From Candidatus Bathyarchaeia archaeon (lineage in GTDB: Archaea; Thermoproteota; Bathyarchaeia; 40CM-2-53-6), in assembly GCA_049517415.1 (NCBI GenBank), contig JBEKSC010000001.1:64001-128000 (forward strand): DNA of 64,000 nucleotides, written 5' to 3'. Made by a program: the position numbers and the translations under genes. The first letter of the stretch is position 1, and each line of letters opens with the position of its first letter. A model generated the notes under the pieces. The model searched no databases. It saw nothing but the letters and a program-made list of their open reading frames with translations, and was not told the origin of the DNA. This document shows, one piece after another, positions 57,849 to 64,000 of this stretch.

Positions 57849-60272
57849 ATGGCTAAGCCACTGAAGAAGAAAACCCCCTTGGAAACGAACGCCGAGTCCT
57901 ACGTTATTCCATTCGACCGGATAGCAATTCACGACGTACCATTGGTCGGTGGCAAGAACGCTTCGTTGGGTGAATTAACTCGAATCGGGATTCCTGTCCC
58001 ACCAGGGTTTGCCTTGAGCCTACTCTTTTACAGGGAATTCCTTAGCAAGAGCGGATCAACGGACTATATTCGTAAGCAATTGGCAGGCTTGGACGTTAGC
58101 AACGTCGAAGAGCTTCAGAAAGTTGGCGGCAGCATAAGGTCGAGAATTCTGAGTTCATCGTTTCCTTCCAATTTGGAGAAAACCATCAGAGAAGGATATT
58201 TGGCGCTGAGCGGAGGAGCGGCGCTTCCGGTTGCGGTGCGAAGCAGCGCAACTACTGAAGACATGGCGGACGCTTCTTTTGCGGGTCAACAGGACACTTA
58301 CCTGAACGTAGTTGGCGAAGAGAAAGTCCTCAATTGCACGAAGAAATGCATTGCATCATTGTTCACGGACAGAGCGATCAGCTACAGGGCGAAAATGGGG
58401 TTCGATCACATCGATGTCGGCCTCAGCGTTGGAATACAAAAGATGGTCAACAGCGAAGCCGCGGGCGTCATGTTCACAATAGATCCTGACTCTGGAAACG
58501 AAAATTTCATTGTGATCGATTCAAGTTGGGGGTTAGGAGAATCAGTTGTTAGTGGAAAGATCATACCTGACAAGTTCTTCATTTACAAGGAAACGGGAGA
58601 GGTAGTTGGAAGAAGGTTAGGGCAGAAGGAAGTATTCGCAAAATACCATAGCACTGGAACGGCGTTCGTTAGCACTCCGCTGAAGCGGAGAGCCCAGTTT
58701 TCACTGACCAGGGAACAGGTCAAAGTTCTAGTTGAATATGCACGAAAAATCGAGAATCATTATGCGAAGAGAATGGACATTGAGTGGGCAGTAGAAGGTG
58801 GCAAGGTATACATCCTTCAAGCTAGGCCTGAGACCGTTCAATCATCAAAAGGAACCCTTGAGGAAACTTACCATCTAAAAGGCGAAGGCAAACTGCTCGT
58901 CGCCGGAATTGCTGTCGGGGGAAAAATAGGGCAAGGTAAACCCAACGTAATGGCTGATGTTAGCGAGATGAAGAGCTTCGAACCCGGTGAAATTCTAGTT
59001 ACAAGGGAGACAACACCAGCTTGGGAACCAATTATGGAGAAATCCGCGGCGATTGTCACGGAGCAAGGCGGAACCACTTCACACGCCGCAATCGTATCAA
59101 GGGAGCTTGGAAAACCCTGCGTAGTCGGGGCGAGAAGAGTTACACAGCTACTCCATAATCATAGCAACCCGATAACCGTGGATTGTAGCACGGGAGTTGG
59201 AAACATCTATGATGGATTGGTGCCTTTCGAAACTGAAACCTTCGACCTCAACACCATTCCGCAGACCCACACCAAGATTATGATGAACATGGCCGTACCG
59301 GAGGGCGCGTTGGCCCATGCAAAGAAGACGGATGGAGTGGGTTTGCTCAGGATTGAGTTCGTCTACGGAAATAGCGTCGGCATTCACCCCGCCGCTCTAC
59401 TCAATTTTGAAAACCTGAAACGAGACCCACAGAACTTCCTCCGTGCACCGCCAAAGACCAAGGACGTACAATACCTCAAAAGAACTATCGCAGAAATCGA
59501 AACTCGAACTCAAGGCTACGATGATAAGCCTCAATTCTTGGTGGAGAAGTTGAGGGAGGGAATTGCTATGGTTGCGGCCGCGATGCATCCGAAACCTGTC
59601 ATAGTCAGGTTTTCCGATTTCAAATCTAACGAATATGCGGCGCTGGTCGGTGGCGAGATTTTCGAGAAAGGTGAGAACAATCCGATGCTCGGTTGGAGAG
59701 GTGCTTCACGATATCCGCACACGGAATTTGCGGAAGCGTTTAGACTGGAATGCCGGGCGCTGAGAGAAGCCAGGAAACTAGGGCTGGATAATATTATCCC
59801 TATGATTCCATTCGTGCGGACGGTCGAAGAGGCGAAGGCTGTCCTCGAACTTATGAAAGCAGAGGGATTAGAGAGGGGAAAGGACGGGTTACAGGTTTAC
59901 ATGATGGCAGAGATTCCATCAAACGTCTTCCTGGCACAAGAATTCTCTAAGCTTTTCGACGGTTTCAGCATTGGCTCAAACGACCTAGCCTCGCTTGTCT
60001 TGGGCGTGGATAGGGATAATGCGAAACTTGCGAAGAGTACTTTTGACGAGAGGAATCCCGCCGTGAAGATGGCCATAGAACATCTAATAAAAATTGCTCA
60101 TAAGAACGGGCTCAAAATCGGAATCTGCGGCCAGGCTCCCAGCGACTATCCAGAGATTGTTGAATTCCTAGTCGAGAACGGAATAGATAGCATATCTTTG
60201 AACGCAGACGTCATTGGCAAAATGAAGCAAGTTGTCGCAAAGGTCGAGAAAAAGTACTCACAAGGACGCTAA
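57849..60272 (+). CDS. ppsA: Phosphoenolpyruvate synthase
   Basis: VGGKNASLGE, AVRSSAT.ED, SFAGQQDT, GGTTSHAAI, NPMLGWRG, FSIGSNDL, ICGQAPSD. Confidence 0.96.
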   Translation: MAKPLKKKTPLETNAESYVIPFDRIAIHDVPLVGGKNASLGELTRIGIPVPPGFALSLLFYREFLSKSGSTDYIRKQLAGLDVSNVEELQKVGGSIRSRILSSSFPSNLEKTIREGYLALSGGAALPVAVRSSATTEDMADASFAGQQDTYLNVVGEEKVLNCTKKCIASLFTDRAISYRAKMGFDHIDVGLSVGIQKMVNSEAAGVMFTIDPDSGNENFIVIDSSWGLGESVVSGKIIPDKFFIYKETGEVVGRRLGQKEVFAKYHSTGTAFVSTPLKRRAQFSLTREQVKVLVEYARKIENHYAKRMDIEWAVEGGKVYILQARPETVQSSKGTLEETYHLKGEGKLLVAGIAVGGKIGQGKPNVMADVSEMKSFEPGEILVTRETTPAWEPIMEKSAAIVTEQGGTTSHAAIVSRELGKPCVVGARRVTQLLHNHSNPITVDCSTGVGNIYDGLVPFETETFDLNTIPQTHTKIMMNMAVPEGALAHAKKTDGVGLLRIEFVYGNSVGIHPAALLNFENLKRDPQNFLRAPPKTKDVQYLKRTIAEIETRTQGYDDKPQFLVEKLREGIAMVAAAMHPKPVIVRFSDFKSNEYAALVGGEIFEKGENNPMLGWRGASRYPHTEFAEAFRLECRALREARKLGLDNIIPMIPFVRTVEEAKAVLELMKAEGLERGKDGLQVYMMAEIPSNVFLAQEFSKLFDGFSIGSNDLASLVLGVDRDNAKLAKSTFDERNPAVKMAIEHLIKIAHKNGLKIGICGQAPSDYPEIVEFLVENGIDSISLNADVIGKMKQVVAKVEKKYSQGR

Positions 60273-60289
60273 GACAAGTTCAGAGAAAA

Positions 60290-60700
60290 CTACGCCATGC
60301 CCATCTTAGCCAGTTTTTGAAAGTCCGTCATGTTCTGGACTAAATCTGTCTGGCTGATTATTCCAATTATTTTATCGTGTTCAGTCACGACCAAACGCTT
60401 CACCTGTTTCTCAACCATTTTCCTAGCAGCATCGATAAGCGAGCCTGATGCATCAATGGTAGCTAACGGTGCGGTCATTATGTCAGCGACCGTAACCTTC
60501 GACGGATCAGTAACATGGGCGACGATCTTTTCAACTAAATCGCGCTCCGTAACAATGCCGAAGGGCAACCCGTCCCTATTGGCAATCAAGGAGCCTATCC
60601 GCTTCTCAACCATCAACCGTGCGGCGTCTTTCGCTTTCGCCTTCGAGTCTATGGAAACAATTGTTCGCATTATCTGGCGTATTGTGATTTCCGCGGGCAA
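60290..60700 (-). CDS. Tandem CBS-domain protein
   Basis: IGSL, GIVTERDL, DIMT.PL, GIISQTDL. Confidence 0.92.
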   Translation of the reverse strand: MPAEITIRQIMRTIVSIDSKAKAKDAARLMVEKRIGSLIANRDGLPFGIVTERDLVEKIVAHVTDPSKVTVADIMTAPLATIDASGSLIDAARKMVEKQVKRLVVTEHDKIIGIISQTDLVQNMTDFQKLAKMGMA

Positions 60701-60753
60701 GTTTGCTTCACACCGGTAACTAGCTTAATCAAATTAAAGGCTTATCGGGGCAA

Positions 60754-61515
60754 TCATCGCGAATACGCTTGTGGCATCCTATCTCTTAGAAGATTGTTTC
60801 TCGACGTCACAGCCTTGTTGCGAGCCATTCCCAGGTCTATTTCCCGCACGGCACATTCTTCTTCGTTTTCCGAAGCTCGGTAAATTACTTGGCCCCGTGG
60901 ATTCACGATTTCTGATTGCCCTATGAAGCGGAGACCTCGCTCCGCGCCTACACGGTCAGCGGTCACAGTGAATACCCTGTTTTCTAGTGCCCTTGTCTTC
61001 ATAGCCTCGGGACAATTTGGCAAAACAAGGTTCGACGGATGAGCAATTACCTCGGCACCTTTCAGCATCAATGAGCGGGCAGACTCAGGAAAGTACCAGT
61101 CAAAACATACCATGACGCCAACGTTGCCGAAAACTTTGAACGCATGCCCCGGTTTGAAGAACTTCTTCTCATTACTGAAAAGGTGAACCTTTCTGTAGGT
61201 TCCCAAGTACTTGCCATCTCTCACCACAACTGCAGAATTGTACATGGTCGTTCCCCTGCGTTCCGCGATACCAGCGACAACCAGCGTTCCATCGCGCTTC
61301 GAGAAGTCCTTCAGTGCCTGCGTCGTTTCACCTTCTGGAATCTGTTCGGCCACACTCGCGGCTTGCCGTCGGTTCCCAAAATTGTAGCCTGTGTTGAAAA
61401 GTTCTGGTAGAACGAAGAGATCAGCCCGTTTCCGCTCCATAAGTCGAAAGGCCGCGTTAACATTGCCCTCCACGTCAAGAAGTCTAGAATTGACTTGCGC
61501 GAACCCAACTCTCAT
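60754..61515 (-). CDS. Nitrilase/carbon-nitrogen hydrolase family protein
   Basis: VLPELFNTGY, YRKVHL, VCFDW.FPE (E-K-C triad). Confidence 0.92.
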   Translation of the reverse strand: MRVGFAQVNSRLLDVEGNVNAAFRLMERKRADLFVLPELFNTGYNFGNRRQAASVAEQIPEGETTQALKDFSKRDGTLVVAGIAERRGTTMYNSAVVVRDGKYLGTYRKVHLFSNEKKFFKPGHAFKVFGNVGVMVCFDWYFPESARSLMLKGAEVIAHPSNLVLPNCPEAMKTRALENRVFTVTADRVGAERGLRFIGQSEIVNPRGQVIYRASENEEECAVREIDLGMARNKAVTSRNNLLRDRMPQAYSR

Positions 61516-61645
61516 CGCAACTGGACCTCACGAATACAGCCGTACGTCTGTGATAGATAATTGATTCGACTAAACAGATTACCCAACGAGTATCTCAAAG
61601 AAAGGAGGCGGCGACGCCTAAAGCCCCGAACAAGTTTGGGTTGAG

Positions 61646-61783
61646 TGGTGCCGAGGGCGGGATTTGAATCCGCGATTTGGCCTACGCTTGGTATAGCGTA
61701 GTCAACCCGGTCTTCAGCTTCACCACGATTTGTTCGGGTGCTCTCCCAGGCTGAGCTTTCGAGGGAATCCGTCCTACCTCGGC
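61646..61783 (-). tRNA. tRNA-Phe(GAA) with three introns (8/9: 61758-61775; 30/31: 61719-61734; 46/47: 61676-61702); CCA encoded
   Basis: Spliced product GCCGAGGTAGCTCAGCCTGGGAGAGCACCCGGCTGAAGACCGGGTTGTCGCGGATTCAAATCCCGCCCTCGGCACCA; BHB motifs at all three junctions. Confidence 0.9.
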
Positions 61784-62139
61784 GTTCCCCGGCACCGAGC
61801 AAGGCAGTTTTCCGCTCAACAACTTAAGCCTTCTTCTAGCTGCACCCACCTCATCCAGCGCTGGACTGATCTCGAGCATTCTATCCCAAAAACCTTGTAA
61901 CTCTAGTACACAAACCAGCCGCGGTCGGACAGCTCTAATCAACGTGCGCCCTCGGCATACGTTCGCGTCACAAGACCGTTCACAATTAGTTTCCGTAACA
62001 GGACAATGATTGATATCACACGGGTTCGCCAAGATTAAGCTTGAACGGTAAACCTCTGATGTGGCCTTGGACAAGGCGGAGAACTGAACGAAAGTAGTAC
62101 GAAGGTTTTTAGGCGGAGGTGGAAAGCAGTCGAGCCGTT

Positions 62140-62247
62140 GGGCCGGTAGATCAGCCTGGTATGAGCATCGATGATTGAACACGATGCGATCACATCGTCC
62201 GCTTGGCATGCGGGAGGTCGCGGGTTCAAATCCCGCCCGGTCCACCA
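62140..62247 (+). tRNA. tRNA-Ala(GGC) with one D-arm intron (22/23: 62164-62193); CCA encoded
   Basis: G3.U70 pair, GATC/GATC D stem after splicing, TTGGCAT loop, GCGGG-TTCAAAT-CCCGC. Confidence 0.93.
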
Positions 62248-62266
62248 AAAGCAACCCACGTGAGTC

Positions 62267-63082
62267 TTGAGAGATTTGTTCGATGATAATGGTAAAGCGA
62301 TGGAGCTGATGAAGGCTCTGGGCTTGTCCGCTGGCGAATCCAAGGTATACCTAAAATTACTTTCCCAACCTGAAGGCGAAATGTTAGACAAAGTGGTCAC
62401 GGCATTCGGAATCCCTGCAGCCATAGCTGAGGATTCGCTGAAATCGCTGGCTGACAAAGGCCTTGTAAGAATCTCAAGCAACAGGGTTGAGGTCATCCAG
62501 CCCCGCACGGTTCTCCAGAAAATACTTGAACAGAGAAAACGTTCGCTCGAAAGCCAGGTGAGCAAGGAAACCTCTGTAGCCTTGGAGTTGGAGAAGCTCC
62601 TTGAACCTACGTATTGGGAAAGTAGGCTCGGGATCAGGCCCGAAGAAATCATCGAACCCTTACGCGACCTTCCAGAAATGGAGTTACGAACGGCTCGAAT
62701 TCTCGGAAACGCACTGAAGGAAGTATCAATTTTCGCGGAGACTTTCGGATGGTACGGTAAAGTTCGTGAATCATTATTCCAAGCCCACGATCGGGGAGTT
62801 GGCATGAGGGTTTTGATGATGGTGAAGGATGACTCAACAAAGGAACGAGCCAAAGAACTCCGTGGTGTGGGAGTTCAAGTGCGCCACTGCGCCGAGGAAT
62901 GGTACCCTGTCAGGGGAACCCTGGTAGACGACCAGGAACTTGTTTTCGTGGTCTGGGCGACGAAGAAGAGCGCGATGCCTCGCCCCATTTACTATCGCCC
63001 AAACTATACGAGAAACCAAGGGTTGATCAGGATTTTCCGTGACGCATACTCGAAAAGATGGGAAGAAGGCCAGCCGATATAG
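62267..63082 (+). CDS. TrmB-family transcriptional regulator
   Basis: LGLS..ESKVYL.LL HTH, L.SL.DKGLV, C-terminal effector-like domain (LVDD.E). Confidence 0.85.
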   Translation: MRDLFDDNGKAMELMKALGLSAGESKVYLKLLSQPEGEMLDKVVTAFGIPAAIAEDSLKSLADKGLVRISSNRVEVIQPRTVLQKILEQRKRSLESQVSKETSVALELEKLLEPTYWESRLGIRPEEIIEPLRDLPEMELRTARILGNALKEVSIFAETFGWYGKVRESLFQAHDRGVGMRVLMMVKDDSTKERAKELRGVGVQVRHCAEEWYPVRGTLVDDQELVFVVWATKKSAMPRPIYYRPNYTRNQGLIRIFRDAYSKRWEEGQPI

Positions 63083-63579
63083 AAATCCTCGCCCGAATAA
63101 AGGCGCGGCACTCCAAATCTCGAGTAGGTTCGTTTAAGTCGATTTAACAATTTGATTTTGCTCAAAGATTCGGTAACCCTCACTAAGTGCGCTTCACACT
63201 TGCAATCGCTCGCGCCTAGCTGCTGAAGAATTGCCTGCGTATTCATGTTCTTCCTTATTGCTCGGTTGATTTTGCACTCGAAACGTTGGTTGGAGATCAA
63301 GTAAACGGCTCCGTTGAGCTTACAGCCTCGGCGTGCTGTAAGGTAGTCGATATGCCATCTCTTCTTTTTGAACGAACGATTGTGCCGCGTAAGCCTTCCC
63401 TCTAGCGATACGGCTCCGAGTCCTCGGGCTGAACCGGTGTACAGATAGTAGCCAACCTTTACCTTCACGCGCCCAAGCCTTCCGAACCTGACTTGCACAG
63501 GTCTTTCACAGACCAAAACGATAGTGTAGGTTCCTCTCACACGACCCGTCTCCGAAGCACAAATAGCGCCAAGGTTCAT
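63004..63579 (-). CDS. DUF123/GIY-YIG (Uri) family protein
   Basis: GTY, YLYTGSA, RL.RH, WHIDYL, EC, GASDCKCEAHL. Confidence 0.87.
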   Translation of the reverse strand: MNLGAICASETGRVRGTYTIVLVCERPVQVRFGRLGRVKVKVGYYLYTGSARGLGAVSLEGRLTRHNRSFKKKRWHIDYLTARRGCKLNGAVYLISNQRFECKINRAIRKNMNTQAILQQLGASDCKCEAHLVRVTESLSKIKLLNRLKRTYSRFGVPRLYSGEDFYIGWPSSHLFEYASRKILINPWFLV

Positions 63580-63605
63580 CCTATGAACTGCTTGTGTGTA
63601 AGGGT

Positions 63606-64000
63606 ATGAAGGCGGTCATTCTTGCAGGTGGGTATGCGACTCGCCTTCGGCCTATCAGCTATGCCTTGCCTAAACTCCTTTTTCCAGTGCTTGGAAAACC
63701 GATGATTTACTGGACGCTCGACCTTTTGAAAGGTATCGGCGTCGGCGAAGTCGTATTAGCAGTAAATTATCTTGCCGATTCGTTGCGCATGGAGGTGGGC
63801 TCCGATTACAATGGAATCAACATCAAGTACTCTCTTGAGAAAGCGCCACTGGGAACCGGCGGTCCAATAAAGTTGGCATCAGAGGACACACGTTTTGACG
63901 AGACATTTATTGTAACGAACGGTGATGTAATCGCTGAAATCGACCTAGCAAAAATGTTGAACCATCACGAGCAAACTGGGGCGATGATTACAGACGCTCT
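63606..64000 (+). CDS. NDP-sugar pyrophosphorylase (partial, runs off window)
   Basis: MKAVILAGGYATRLRP...PK, E..PLGTGG, NGD. Confidence 0.92.
   Translation, partial: MKAVILAGGYATRLRPISYALPKLLFPVLGKPMIYWTLDLLKGIGVGEVVLAVNYLADSLRMEVGSDYNGINIKYSLEKAPLGTGGPIKLASEDTRFDETFIVTNGDVIAEIDLAKMLNHHEQTGAMITDA

Noticed and set aside
945..60719. Numerous antisense or nested ORFs in the track (e.g. 4366-4917, 6749-7279, 34358-34819, 54668-54955)
   Set aside because: Shadows of well-supported genes on the other strand or frame
61512..62853. Minus-strand ORFs 61512-61802, 61682-62254 and 62035-62853
   Set aside because: They overlap tRNA genes or are antisense to the TrmB gene; no protein motifs

Overview
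Archaeal chromosomal window, most consistent with a TACK lineage such as Bathyarchaeia. This is inferred from archaeal r-proteins, aIF6, Rpp21, Nep1, an archaeosortase-type tail and multi-intron tRNAs. It holds: (i) an 8.3-kb operon encoding a TfrA-like fumarate reductase flavoprotein, HdrCBA, a group 3c MvhDGA [NiFe]-hydrogenase and a maturation protease; (ii) a GH130 plus split GT4 module, paaK and a lone FrhB/FpoF-type protein; (iii) a small candidate regulon (wHTH regulator, membrane proteins, MacB/FtsX-type ABC exporter) marked by four copies of one promoter/operator motif; (iv) peptide, amino acid and aldehyde catabolism genes (M32 peptidase, coxMSL/coxG-like, racemase, 4-gene proline dehydrogenase-like cluster); (v) alaS-leuS, with both LeuRS signature motifs degenerate; (vi) the conserved ribosomal/translation supercluster with an apparently clean 3.8-kb internal inversion; (vii) four tRNA genes carrying eight introns, all at non-canonical positions, including a perfect BHB intron at position 8/9 of tRNA-Phe; and (viii) several unannotated Cys-rich microproteins, deletion or frameshift remnants and probable non-canonical start codons. 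No CRISPR array, rRNA, integrase or transposase was seen. All calls are by eye from motifs; no searches were run.
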